A DNA stretch of 64,000 nt from positions 1,665-65,664 of the forward strand of contig CALECM010000113.1 of NCBI GenBank assembly GCA_937949745.1, given 5' to 3'. Below the pieces are notes generated by a model, which saw nothing but the letters and a program-made list of their open reading frames with translations, was not told the DNA's origin and did no database searches. Source of the DNA: an uncultured Bacteroidales bacterium (GTDB taxonomy: Bacteria; Bacteroidota; Bacteroidia; Bacteroidales; WCHB1-69). Positions 8,670-18,050 of this stretch are shown piece after piece (the first letter of the stretch is position 1; every line of letters begins with the position of its first letter). Made by a program: the position numbers and the translations under genes.

Positions 8670-10784
8670 TTATTCTTTAATAAACTTTCTGGTTATTATA
8701 CCATGCCCGGTTTCAAGCCGTACCAAATAAATACCGGAAGGATAAGAGGATATATCCCATACAACCTCCTTAAGCCGGCATTTTTTACCTTCTAATATTC
8801 TTCCCTGCATATCCATAATCTCAATATTTTCAAAAAGAATATCTGATTTTACAGTCAAAGAATTTTGAACCGGATTAGGATATAATGTTACCATTCGGGA
8901 AAGATCCGGAATTGCAATACTGTTGGCAACCTGCAATGTCCTGAAAACTGTGTCGAAAGAATGGAGATTGGTAAAATGGTCCCATACGTTACGTATACGT
9001 AATTCGTAAAGCGTATCGGCGACCAGATCCCTTAATACCGTGTCCGGAGTAGTACAGTATAATCTCTGAAACGGATCACCGGTTCCGGAAATCCTGTACT
9101 CAACCCACCATCCGATCTCATTATCCTGGGGTAACCAGGTTAATTTTGCCGATTGCGAAGTGATATCTTCAATTACTAAACCTCCCGGCAACAGCAATTC
9201 GGTACTTGCATTAAAAGTGACGGACCACCCGCAAATCCACCCGTTATCACCCTTCCTCAGATCAAATACTTTAATTTTCCAGTTTCCGTTCATCGGACAA
9301 CCTATTAAATTTGAAAAGCTGTTGAAGGGAAGATAATCCAATCCGGGAGCCGGATGACTGATATTGGAATCTGCTTCCGTCCGCAGAGAATCAGATACTT
9401 CAATATACCAGGAAGGAGATATCAGGTTATCGGCAAAAGCGATCGTTCCATTGGAAGAATTGGCAGACCAGAAATAATCATAACAGTTTCCCATTAACGA
9501 CGAAACTTCGCTATCCGTGCATGTATCCTGGATTTCCGTGTTCAATCCGCAGGCCCATGGCTCACCCAGTATGGATTTATTCAGACTGGAATTACCTGAA
9601 AGCAATGCCACATTTTGTCCGTTCGGGCATTCCAGATAAACATATAGGTCCGCAAGATAACTGTGCTCCATGGCTACTTTAATACGTTCAATGTCGGTGT
9701 CGGAATTGAATTTACTATTTTCCGGGAAAAAATCAATATATAAAGTACTTTCCTGCCATGCGTAAGGTTCATCAGGAATGAAGAGTGAACTGTCCTGTTT
9801 AAACTCCACCGGACGGGTTTGGATAATCGCAGGCGGATCCGGTAAAGTCCTGAAAGTAGTATCCAGGGAAAACTGATTCGTATCATTTTCCCAGAAGGTA
9901 TGGATGCGAAGTTCATAAATCCGGTCATCCAGTAAATTTAATAATAAGGCATTAGGTGAAGAAGTGGTCATACGCCGATACGGTCCCTGATCGCCTGAGA
10001 TTTTGTATTCGACCAGCCATCCGGATTCATCCGCTACCGGAGTCCATTTTAATCTTGCCGAATGAGTCGTGATATCCTCAATTTTCAAATCCTTGGGCAA
10101 TAAGTATTCTTTTTCCACATCCAGTGTTATCGACCAGTCGCAGATCCAGCCGTTATCCATTCCGATATTATCGGTCACGATAAGTGTCCAGTCTCCGTTC
10201 ATCGGACAACCCAATAAATTATCCCAGTCACTTAAGGGCTGATATTCTATACCGGGTGCCGGATGACGGAGATCCGGACCGGTAAACTTTCTCTCTAACT
10301 CAGACGCATCAAGATACCATGAAGGGGTTACCAGATTTGCGGAGTCAAATATGTGTCCGTTGGTGGAACTGGGGGACCAAAAATAATCGTAACAATTGCC
10401 CATTGCAGTGGATAAAACCGTGCAAGCATCAACCCTGCCCATATATAACCCGCAAGCCCATGGCTCACCCAATAAGGTATTTCCCGGAGTAGTGCTCTTG
10501 TCGAAAAAAGTGATGCTCTGATTTCCCGGACATTTTAATTGCAGTGTAAGGTCCTTAGCACAGCTATGTTCCATTGCAACTTTAACGTTGATCAACTTCC
10601 AGATATGATTCAGCCATCCACCTTCCGGAAGAAAATCGATATGAATACTTGTTTGATAAGAAACGCCCACTCCGTCGGGAATATAAAAAGGAGTACCTTT
10701 CTTTAATTCTACCTGCCTGGTTTGGCCCGCAATGGGATCACTTGTAAATAAAATTACGATAATAATAAATAATAATTTTTTCAT
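8670..10784 (-). CDS. T9SS-secreted protein with duplicated [P-domain-like + FN3] module and Por C-terminal sorting domain
   Basis: 704 aa. Two copies of MEHS(C/Y)..DL..(Q/Y)L(K/E)CP...NGxW.L.V.D...DNGWICxWS, each followed by an FN3-like segment. CTD LYPNPVQNSLTV...GIYLVRL. Clear paralog of 7352-8560. Confidence 0.8.
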   Translation of the reverse strand: MKKLLFIIIVILFTSDPIAGQTRQVELKKGTPFYIPDGVGVSYQTSIHIDFLPEGGWLNHIWKLINVKVAMEHSCAKDLTLQLKCPGNQSITFFDKSTTPGNTLLGEPWACGLYMGRVDACTVLSTAMGNCYDYFWSPSSTNGHIFDSANLVTPSWYLDASELERKFTGPDLRHPAPGIEYQPLSDWDNLLGCPMNGDWTLIVTDNIGMDNGWICDWSITLDVEKEYLLPKDLKIEDITTHSARLKWTPVADESGWLVEYKISGDQGPYRRMTTSSPNALLLNLLDDRIYELRIHTFWENDTNQFSLDTTFRTLPDPPAIIQTRPVEFKQDSSLFIPDEPYAWQESTLYIDFFPENSKFNSDTDIERIKVAMEHSYLADLYVYLECPNGQNVALLSGNSSLNKSILGEPWACGLNTEIQDTCTDSEVSSLMGNCYDYFWSANSSNGTIAFADNLISPSWYIEVSDSLRTEADSNISHPAPGLDYLPFNSFSNLIGCPMNGNWKIKVFDLRKGDNGWICGWSVTFNASTELLLPGGLVIEDITSQSAKLTWLPQDNEIGWWVEYRISGTGDPFQRLYCTTPDTVLRDLVADTLYELRIRNVWDHFTNLHSFDTVFRTLQVANSIAIPDLSRMVTLYPNPVQNSLTVKSDILFENIEIMDMQGRILEGKKCRLKEVVWDISSYPSGIYLVRLETGHGIITRKFIKE

Positions 10785-10812
10785 GAATATTATAATGGGT
10801 TAAAATACGATG

Positions 10813-10820
10813 CAAAAATA
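10813..10820 (-). promoter_or_regulatory. Bacteroidota -7 promoter box (TATTTTTG on minus strand)
   Basis: Plus strand reads CAAAAATA, 29 nt upstream of the ATG at 10784. Confidence 0.4.
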
Positions 10821-11082
10821 TAAAGTTATGGTGAATTTAATAAATAAAATAGGAGAGGAGGCTGACTATTTTTTATATATAAATTTAAATCTTTACCAAT
10901 AAAAATTTTTATCAGTTAAAATTTTTAAGTAAATATCCATTCATTTGGAAATGCATAGGAAGTTTATCTAAAAAACAATAAATTCCGGAATATTCCGCAA
11001 AGTTAATATAATTAAAATGTTTTATATCAAGTAGTTATATTTGACAAATTAATGATAAGATTATTCTCATATAAAAAGCAAT

Positions 11083-11300
11083 TAATCCTGTTTTTCATAT
11101 TCCTGATATTGAGGTAAACCGGTACAGCCGAAGAAAATATTTATTCCCATTTTCTTAACTGAATCAGGTATTGTGGCGGAAGTTAAACTTTTACATCCGG
11201 AGAAAGTAGACATCCCGATTTTTTTGACCGAAGTAACCGCTATCGGGAATCACCATCTCTGTAGCGTCAGAGTTTGATAGCCGGTTATCGCTAAGGTGTA
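11083..11300 (-). pseudogene. remnant of a BspA-type leucine-rich-repeat (LRR_5) protein gene, frameshifted and truncated
   Basis: Minus-strand translation gives ...EMVIPDS then, after a 1-nt frame slip near 11238, VTSVKKIGMSTFSGCKSLTSATIPDSVKKMGINIFFGCTGLPQYQEYEKQD*. That is two copies of the IPDSV..IG..aF.GC..L motif. An upstream in-frame stop is present and no intact ORF remains. Confidence 0.5.
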
Positions 11301-11534
11301 AGGATATTTATGGGATGTAATTTTATAGTATAATCCATCGAATGTAAAATCCCGGGCAATAATGTATAAGTTTAGAAATAAATCTTGTGGATATCACCAT
11401 ATTATGACCTTAAAATAGCCATTTTTACTACAAATAAAGGTTTATCTTTATTATAAGCAATTTTCCTATAATTTATATTATGTTAAATAGAATATAAGAG
11501 GACCCTCTTTCTGACATTTTTGTGAAAGAAATTA

Positions 11535-12302
11535 TTAGGAGGATTTTTCCGTATCAGCTTTACTATAATCCAGACGATCCCATTTCCGGAACCAACTTCT
11601 TACCCGTAGTCCGATAACACCAAGGATCGCTTCCTTGAAAATTCCCGAGCTCATTTTAGATGTTCCCAGCGTACGGTCGGAAAAAATGATCGGAACTTCC
11701 ACAATTTTATATTTCAGCTTATGCATGTTGAATTTCATCTCGATCTGAAATCCGTAACCTATATGATGGATTTTGGAAAAGTCTATCGTTTTTAATGCGG
11801 ATACCCGGTAACATTTGAAACCGGCTGTCGTATCCTTGACCGGAATCCCCAACATAAACCTTACATACATAGAACCGCAATATGACATTAATAATCTGGA
11901 CATGGGCCAATTTAAGACATTTACACCTTTACAATACCTTGATCCGATGGCCAAATCGGCATTCTGTTCTATACAGGCATCATAAAGACGTTGCAGATCT
12001 TCCGGATTATGGGAAAAATCGGCGTCCATTTCAAATATAAAGTCATAGTTATTTTTTATACCCCACTGAAAACCATGAATATAGGCAGTTCCTAACCCCT
12101 GTTTTCCCGCACGTTCTTCGATAAATAGTTTTCCGGAATATTCCGGTATCAGTTTTTTTACGATATCGGCAGTTCCGTCCGGTGAATTATCTTCAATGAT
12201 CAGGATATCCGCATCGAAAACAGAGAAAGTTTTCCTGATGATATTCTCGATGTTTTCTTTTTCGTTGTAAGTGGGAATGATAACTAACCTTTTATCAGCC
12301 AT
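11535..12302 (-). CDS. GT2 polyprenol-phosphate mannosyltransferase (Dpm1-like)
   Basis: 255 aa. VIIPTYNEKENI, EDNSPDGT and MDADFSHNP motifs of dolichyl/polyprenyl-phosphate mannose synthases. Confidence 0.85.
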   Translation of the reverse strand: MADKRLVIIPTYNEKENIENIIRKTFSVFDADILIIEDNSPDGTADIVKKLIPEYSGKLFIEERAGKQGLGTAYIHGFQWGIKNNYDFIFEMDADFSHNPEDLQRLYDACIEQNADLAIGSRYCKGVNVLNWPMSRLLMSYCGSMYVRFMLGIPVKDTTAGFKCYRVSALKTIDFSKIHHIGYGFQIEMKFNMHKLKYKIVEVPIIFSDRTLGTSKMSSGIFKEAILGVIGLRVRSWFRKWDRLDYSKADTEKSS

Positions 12303-12449
12303 AAATTTATTTTGAAAAAACGGAATCTAAATTATCCGGAAACAAAAAATTAAAAAGAATTTTCCAACCTGATAATTTTTTGCAAAAATACATTATTTTT
12401 TTGATCTGATACCTTATTTATGAAGAGTTTTTCGCCTTTAATATTTTAC

Positions 12450-12457
12450 TATTTTTG
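12450..12457 (+). promoter_or_regulatory. Bacteroidota -7 promoter box TATTTTTG
   Basis: Matches TAnnTTTG, 31 nt upstream of the ATG at 12488. Confidence 0.4.
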
Positions 12458-12487
12458 CACTGTTTTTTACGATAAAATAAAGGACAG

Positions 12488-14932
12488 ATGAAAAAAAAAT
12501 TACTTCTTGGCTTTTGGGCTATTATCAGCACTTTACATATTTCCGCACAAGATCAAAAACTCCCTGATTCCCTTACTCACCGCCCTACCCCTCTAAATGA
12601 TATTGTTTTTCCGGACGGTATATTCTATGAATCCTCTGATGTTTACACGCGCAATATACTTTTCCCGTTCAATATCGCATCTTACCGTAACAGAGGATAT
12701 GAACCGCAAAACCAGGTGATTCAATATAATAATATTGGAATGAGAAATCTGGCCGATGGCCTTTCTCCGTATATGCATTGGGACGCTTTTAACCATATTA
12801 TGCTGGATCCGGCGGAAATGGTGAATTTAAGCTCTTCCGCTTCCGATTTTTCCTTCGGAGCGGTTGGCGGCGGACTGAATTTCAATTTGCGGGCTTCAGC
12901 ACTACCCGAACAATTCAGGGCTACTTATTCTTTATCGAACAGAACCTATACCAATAGGATGATGATCACCGGAGCCACCGGCGTGAGCGAAAACGGATGG
13001 TCATTTGCCGTTTCTTTTTCCGGGCAGTTTGGCAACCAGTTAAGTTATATTGACGGAACGGTTGATAACTCATGGAGTTACTTTGCAGCTGTGGAAAAGC
13101 GGTTTACCCCCTCCCACTCTCTCAACCTGACTTTTTTCGGTTCTCCTACCTGGCGCAGTTTGCGGGAAGGCGTTACCGGAGAGGTCCGTGATCTTCTCGG
13201 GAAATCTTATTACAACCCTAACTGGGGATGGTATAACGGTAAACAGCGCAATGCCAGGATGAACAATACTTATGAGCCTGTTATTTTGTTAACCCACGAT
13301 TATACTCCCGAGGAAAAGAAAATTACCATCACGAGCAGCCTTGAGGTGAATTTCGGGAAAAATAACACTACTGCGCTGAACTGGTACCAGGCCGACGATC
13401 CCCGACCGGATTCCTATCAACATCTGCCTTCTTTCCAAACCAATCCCGAAATGAGAGATTTAGTAGAGGAAGGATGGCTTTATAAATCCGCCGTAAGGCA
13501 AATTGACTGGGATAAAATTTACAATATAAACCAATTGGCTGCCAATCAAGGGAAAAGGGCACAATACATTACGGAAAATCATCACAAAACCCATTTCCAG
13601 CTTGGCGGTTCTTCCCATATTATGGCGGAACTGACCGAACATATGAATATGACGGCAGGAATCGACCTGAAGGGAATGAAACAACGTAATTTTAAAACCC
13701 TGGATGATCTGTTGGGCGGATCTTACTGGCTGGATATAGAAAACTATCCCGACGGTGTTTTACCTGATCCCGAATTTGCCGCTAATGATCTGGACCAATT
13801 GAATAAAAAGATCCACAAAGACGATATTTTCGGCTATAATTATGATTATCATATTTATGATCAAAATCTTTGGGGCTTACTTGCTTTTACGTATAATAAA
13901 TTGGATTTTTATGCCGGTCTGAATCTGGGCGCCACGGAATTCTGGCGGGAAGGGAAAATGAAAAACGGCCGTTACGGAGAATCCGCTGAGGGTAGATCAG
14001 AGGTTAAATCTTTTTTTAATTATGGACTAAAAGCAGGAATCACCTATAAAATAAATAAAGCGCATGCTTTATCCCTCAATGGTTTTTTCAATACCAGGGC
14101 TCCTTATATCGTCAATGCTTTCCTGTCGCCACGGCTAAGTAATAATTACGCTCAGGATCTTACCGGCGAGAAAATTATATCCGCCGATCTTTCCTATAAA
14201 ATAGATTATTCTTTTATGCAACTGAGACTCAGTGGTTATTATACTAAATTCATAGACCAAACCCGCCTGATCAGTTTCTACCATGACGATTACCGTTCCT
14301 TGATGAATTATTCGCTTACCGGAATCGACCAGCAACATATCGGCATAGAACTGGGCGCCGAATTTAAATTAAGTCGTATGTTTACCTTGTTTTTGGCAGG
14401 TAACTTCGGAGATTATACTTATACCAATAATCCGAACCTGACCATGGAAGTGGAAAACGGATACGATATACAGGCAGGATCGGCCATCATTTATGATCAG
14501 GAAGTTAAATGGAAAAATGCTCATGTAGCCGGTTCTCCGCAAATAGCTGCCACCCTCGGACTGCAATTCCATCACAAGGGCTGGTGGGTAATGCTAAACG
14601 GTAATTATTTTGATAAAATTTACTGTTACCTGAATCCTTCCCGCCGGACTTCATCTGTGGAAGATGCAACCACTGAGGAACAATATGCCCAGCTGTCGAA
14701 CCAGGAAAAAATAAAAGGACAGTTCACCTTGGATCTTTCCGTAAGTAAATCATGGCATATCAATAAAAAATATTGGATCGGATTTGATGCTAGTGTGACC
14801 AATCTCCTTAATAATAAGAAATTAGTAACGACTGCATGGGAACAATATCCTTTCAGTCCCGACAGATCCCAGAGTCGTTACATATATGCTTACGGTATTA
14901 GTTTTTACGCAGGAATTAACTTGAAATTCTAA
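12488..14932 (+). CDS. TonB-dependent receptor-like outer-membrane beta-barrel
   Basis: 814 aa. Signal peptide, plug-like region (NRGYEPQNQVIQYNNIGMRN...FGAVGGGLNF), long beta-rich region, terminal F. Confidence 0.75.
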   Translation: MKKKLLLGFWAIISTLHISAQDQKLPDSLTHRPTPLNDIVFPDGIFYESSDVYTRNILFPFNIASYRNRGYEPQNQVIQYNNIGMRNLADGLSPYMHWDAFNHIMLDPAEMVNLSSSASDFSFGAVGGGLNFNLRASALPEQFRATYSLSNRTYTNRMMITGATGVSENGWSFAVSFSGQFGNQLSYIDGTVDNSWSYFAAVEKRFTPSHSLNLTFFGSPTWRSLREGVTGEVRDLLGKSYYNPNWGWYNGKQRNARMNNTYEPVILLTHDYTPEEKKITITSSLEVNFGKNNTTALNWYQADDPRPDSYQHLPSFQTNPEMRDLVEEGWLYKSAVRQIDWDKIYNINQLAANQGKRAQYITENHHKTHFQLGGSSHIMAELTEHMNMTAGIDLKGMKQRNFKTLDDLLGGSYWLDIENYPDGVLPDPEFAANDLDQLNKKIHKDDIFGYNYDYHIYDQNLWGLLAFTYNKLDFYAGLNLGATEFWREGKMKNGRYGESAEGRSEVKSFFNYGLKAGITYKINKAHALSLNGFFNTRAPYIVNAFLSPRLSNNYAQDLTGEKIISADLSYKIDYSFMQLRLSGYYTKFIDQTRLISFYHDDYRSLMNYSLTGIDQQHIGIELGAEFKLSRMFTLFLAGNFGDYTYTNNPNLTMEVENGYDIQAGSAIIYDQEVKWKNAHVAGSPQIAATLGLQFHHKGWWVMLNGNYFDKIYCYLNPSRRTSSVEDATTEEQYAQLSNQEKIKGQFTLDLSVSKSWHINKKYWIGFDASVTNLLNNKKLVTTAWEQYPFSPDRSQSRYIYAYGISFYAGINLKF

Positions 14933-14980
14933 TCAATTATCAGGCATCAATAATTTTAATGTTTGTAAAGCGTTATCATC

Positions 14981-15778
14981 ATGAATAAAAAAAGATCTTT
15001 AATTTTAGCCTTAATGTTGGGAATATTATTTACCGGAATATCGTGTACGAAACCATGGAATGAACCGGAATTTAAGACTCCTTCTTATCCGGGAAGAGCT
15101 AATAAGAAGATTACTGAACTCAAAAGATTGCATACTCTTGGTAACGCACCGGATTCTATTTTTCCGCGAAGGGATTTTATTTTCGAAGCGTGGGTAATGA
15201 GCAGCGATGAGGAAGGTAATTTCAACAAGTCACTTTTTTTGCAGGATGCGACCGGCGGAATTGAATTATTGCTGGATGAGTCTTATTTATTCAACCGGTA
15301 TCCGTTAGGACAAAAAGTATTTGTCAACGCCAGATATCTCGTGGTCGGAGATCACCATAATGCTTATCAATTAGGATGGAAAAATCAGGACAGGGTCATC
15401 GGCATCCATTCTATTTATATGAACCAATATATATCCAGGGACAGCCTTCCCGGTTCCCATGGAATGCCCTCCCCTACTCCGGTAACTAATGCCGCCGACC
15501 TGTCAGCAAATGAAGGAAAATTGGTTTCTATTTCCGGTTGTTCGTTTACGGAAACTTCTATCGGCCGGCCTCTGGCTTATAGAGATACGGAGTTTACAGA
15601 ACATCCGGTAATTTTTAATAATACCGAAATATATTTAAAAACGTCGGCTAATGCGAAGTTTAGGAATATCCAATGTTTAGATCAGGAATTTGATTTGGTC
15701 GGAATCCTGATCAGGAACGGGGATCGCCACGAGATTATGCTTCGTTCTGGCCGGGATATTTTATACACCGGGTTGTAA
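14981..15778 (+). CDS. lipoprotein partner of the receptor (possibly DUF5689/OB-fold-like)
   Basis: 265 aa. Lipobox FTGISC. Lies directly downstream of the receptor. The family assignment is from memory only. Confidence 0.55.
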   Translation: MNKKRSLILALMLGILFTGISCTKPWNEPEFKTPSYPGRANKKITELKRLHTLGNAPDSIFPRRDFIFEAWVMSSDEEGNFNKSLFLQDATGGIELLLDESYLFNRYPLGQKVFVNARYLVVGDHHNAYQLGWKNQDRVIGIHSIYMNQYISRDSLPGSHGMPSPTPVTNAADLSANEGKLVSISGCSFTETSIGRPLAYRDTEFTEHPVIFNNTEIYLKTSANAKFRNIQCLDQEFDLVGILIRNGDRHEIMLRSGRDILYTGL

Positions 15779-15800
15779 AACCTTTAAAAACAGATTAAAA

Positions 15801-17012
15801 ATGGAAGAAAAATTCAGTACTATAGAAGAAGCTTTAGAAGATTTCAGGAACGGGAAATTCCTTATTGTCGTAGATGATGAAGACCGGGAAAACGAGGGTG
15901 ATTTTATCACTTCGGCTGAACTGATAACCCCTGAAAAAGTGAATTTTATGATGAGCTACGGACGTGGCGTATTGTGTACTCCCATGACGATAGAACGTTG
16001 TAAGGAGCTTGACCTGGAAATGCAGGTGACGAACAATACTTCTCATTTGGGCACTCCGTTCACGGTAACGGTGGATTTACTCGGTCACGGCTGTACCACG
16101 GGCGTTTCCATGCACGACCGTGCCGCTACGATCAAAGCGTTATCCGATCCGTCTATTAAACCGGAAGATCTCGGACGGCCGGGACATGTGAATCCTTTAC
16201 AGGCCCGGGACGGAGGTGTTCTGGTAAGGGCCGGACATACCGAAGCTACCGTTGACCTGGCCAAATTAGCCGGAATGAAGCCTGTGGGAGCACTGATTGA
16301 AATTATCAATCCCGACGGCACGATGGCCAGATTGCCCCAATTATTTGAAGTGGCGGAGAAACACCAGATGAAAATCATCACCATCAAAGATTTGATCGCA
16401 TACAGAGTGCGTACCGAAAAATTAATCCGCCGGGAAGAGGAAGTTTCTCTACCCACAGAATGGGGAAATTTCAAACTTATTGCTTACACGCAGTTAAATA
16501 ACGGTAATACCCACCTGGCTTTAAAAAAAGGGGAATGGAAAGAAGGTGAAGAAGTATTGGTGAGAGTACACTCTTCGTGTGCGACAGGAGATATTTTCGG
16601 TTCATGTAAATGCGATTGCGGTGCCCAATTGCACAGGTCTATGGAGATGGTTGAAAAAGAGGGGAAAGGAATTGTCCTCTATATGAATCAGGAAGGACGT
16701 GGTATAGGATTGGTTAATAAATTAAAAGCTTACCATTTACAGGAAATGGGCCGGGATACCGTGGAAGCTAATCTGGAACTGGGTTTCCGGGCCGATGAAA
16801 GAGATTATGGTATCGGCGCACAGATACTCCGGGATCTTAACGCAACCAAAATCCGGCTGATTACCAATAATCCGACTAAAAGAGCCGGTTTATCCGGCCA
16901 TGGTATTGAGATCGTGGAAACAGTTCCTATCATTATAGAACCTAATGATAATAACCGTCAATATCTTAAAACTAAACAGGAGAAAATGGGTCATACCCTG
17001 CACTTACTTTAA
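15801..17012 (+). CDS. ribBA: bifunctional 3,4-dihydroxy-2-butanone-4-phosphate synthase / GTP cyclohydrolase II
   Basis: 403 aa. DHBP synthase motifs ([18 protein letters not shown]). GCH-II zinc motif [18 protein letters not shown] and NQEGRGIGL. Confidence 0.93.
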   Translation: MEEKFSTIEEALEDFRNGKFLIVVDDEDRENEGDFITSAELITPEKVNFMMSYGRGVLCTPMTIERCKELDLEMQVTNNTSHLGTPFTVTVDLLGHGCTTGVSMHDRAATIKALSDPSIKPEDLGRPGHVNPLQARDGGVLVRAGHTEATVDLAKLAGMKPVGALIEIINPDGTMARLPQLFEVAEKHQMKIITIKDLIAYRVRTEKLIRREEEVSLPTEWGNFKLIAYTQLNNGNTHLALKKGEWKEGEEVLVRVHSSCATGDIFGSCKCDCGAQLHRSMEMVEKEGKGIVLYMNQEGRGIGLVNKLKAYHLQEMGRDTVEANLELGFRADERDYGIGAQILRDLNATKIRLITNNPTKRAGLSGHGIEIVETVPIIIEPNDNNRQYLKTKQEKMGHTLHLL

Positions 17013-17021
17013 TGATAATAT

Positions 17022-17234
17022 ATGAGAATGCGTCTTCCTTTTATTTCCGCGGTTTTTCTGGCTATTTGCCTTCTTTTGTCATGTGCAAAAAAATGTGACT
17101 GTTATCTTTACGATAAAAATAATAAACTGGAAAATGAGACTCCGGAAGAAAGGACAATGCCCCGAAGTTTAAAACTTGAGTGTACCTTTTTTGATACCTA
17201 CGTGGATACCGTAGGCGGATATAAATGCAAATAA
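17022..17234 (+). CDS. small Cys-rich lipoprotein, hypothetical
   Basis: 70 aa. Signal plus lipobox LLLSC. Followed by a strong terminator. Confidence 0.45.
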   Translation: MRMRLPFISAVFLAICLLLSCAKKCDCYLYDKNNKLENETPEERTMPRSLKLECTFFDTYVDTVGGYKCK

Positions 17235-17266
17235 AAAAAGGCTTCTCTTATGAGAAGCCTTTTTTT
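17233..17266. terminator. bidirectional rho-independent terminator
   Basis: AAGGCTTCTC-TTAT-GAGAAGCCTT is a perfect 10-bp stem flanked by an A-run and a T-run. It lies between convergent genes. Confidence 0.75.
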
Positions 17267-17281
17267 ATAGTTTTATAGATA

Positions 17282-17968
17282 TTATTCCATACCAAACATT
17301 TGTTTCAATTCGGCAGGCATATCATTTACGGAAACAGCCTGGCTGGGTATAAGGAAATTAGCATTTTTAATTTTCTTATCAGGTTTAATAGAAAGGACTT
17401 CCTGTACAATAGTATAAGCCACGTCTCCAATTTCATCTTCAACAGGAACCATAAAGGAAAGAGGATATCCCTGTAAACCCATAAACTGAATGGATTTATA
17501 ATTAGGGGTCAGGTCGTCGGTAACATACATGGTGATGTCACGGGTTTCATCGGTTTCCAGATTGGTGATGGTGCAAACCGCTTTATAACTTTTATATCCA
17601 GCGATGGTTTTGGTATCGTTTTTATCGTAGGTGTAATCGTATTGTGTGAATTGAGGTTTTTCTACAGTATCGATATTATAATACATTCCATATCCCATCA
17701 GGGACAGGTCTATTACGGTAGTAGTGGTTTGGTTATCGCCATCTTCAATATAAATGACGCCTATACCTTCACTATCCTGGACTACTTTGCTTTTATTCCC
17801 GAATACTGTCATTTCCTGTTCACCCTGGTATTGTGAGAGAATATTGGCATCAGTGGTACCCTCGGCCCTAACCTGCATTTTAATTGTTCCCGCGAAAGGT
17901 TTTTGTGCACTTAAAGAGATACTCAAAACAGTAAATAATACTATAAGGAGTGAAATAGTTTTTTTCAT
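17282..17968 (-). CDS. hypothetical secreted protein
   Basis: 228 aa with a signal peptide (LFTVLSISLSAQ). No recognised motif. Confidence 0.6.
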   Translation of the reverse strand: MKKTISLLIVLFTVLSISLSAQKPFAGTIKMQVRAEGTTDANILSQYQGEQEMTVFGNKSKVVQDSEGIGVIYIEDGDNQTTTTVIDLSLMGYGMYYNIDTVEKPQFTQYDYTYDKNDTKTIAGYKSYKAVCTITNLETDETRDITMYVTDDLTPNYKSIQFMGLQGYPLSFMVPVEDEIGDVAYTIVQEVLSIKPDKKIKNANFLIPSQAVSVNDMPAELKQMFGME

Positions 17969-18016
17969 TGTTATCGTTTTAAATTAATATTCGTTTTTTA
18001 AATTATTTTTAATATG

Positions 18017-18024
18017 CAAAAATA
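18017..18024 (-). promoter_or_regulatory. Bacteroidota -7 promoter box (TATTTTTG on minus strand)
   Basis: Plus strand reads CAAAAATA, 49 nt upstream of the ATG at 17968. Confidence 0.35.
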
Positions 18025-18050
18025 GTAAAAAACCAATATATCTGCGAAAA

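Noticed and set aside
15779-15800. A possible FMN riboswitch upstream of ribBA.
   Set aside because: Only 22 nt separate ribBA from the preceding gene. That is far too short for an FMN (RFN) element, and no RFN-like conserved helices are visible nearby.
16085-16474. 129-aa minus-strand ORF inside ribBA. Similar shadow ORFs occur at 18645-19082, 37547-38014, 41096-41464, 43053-43490, 45702-46031, 22174-22527 and 24551-24898.
   Set aside because: All are antisense to confidently identified genes and lack signal, TM or catalytic motifs. They are treated as non-coding.
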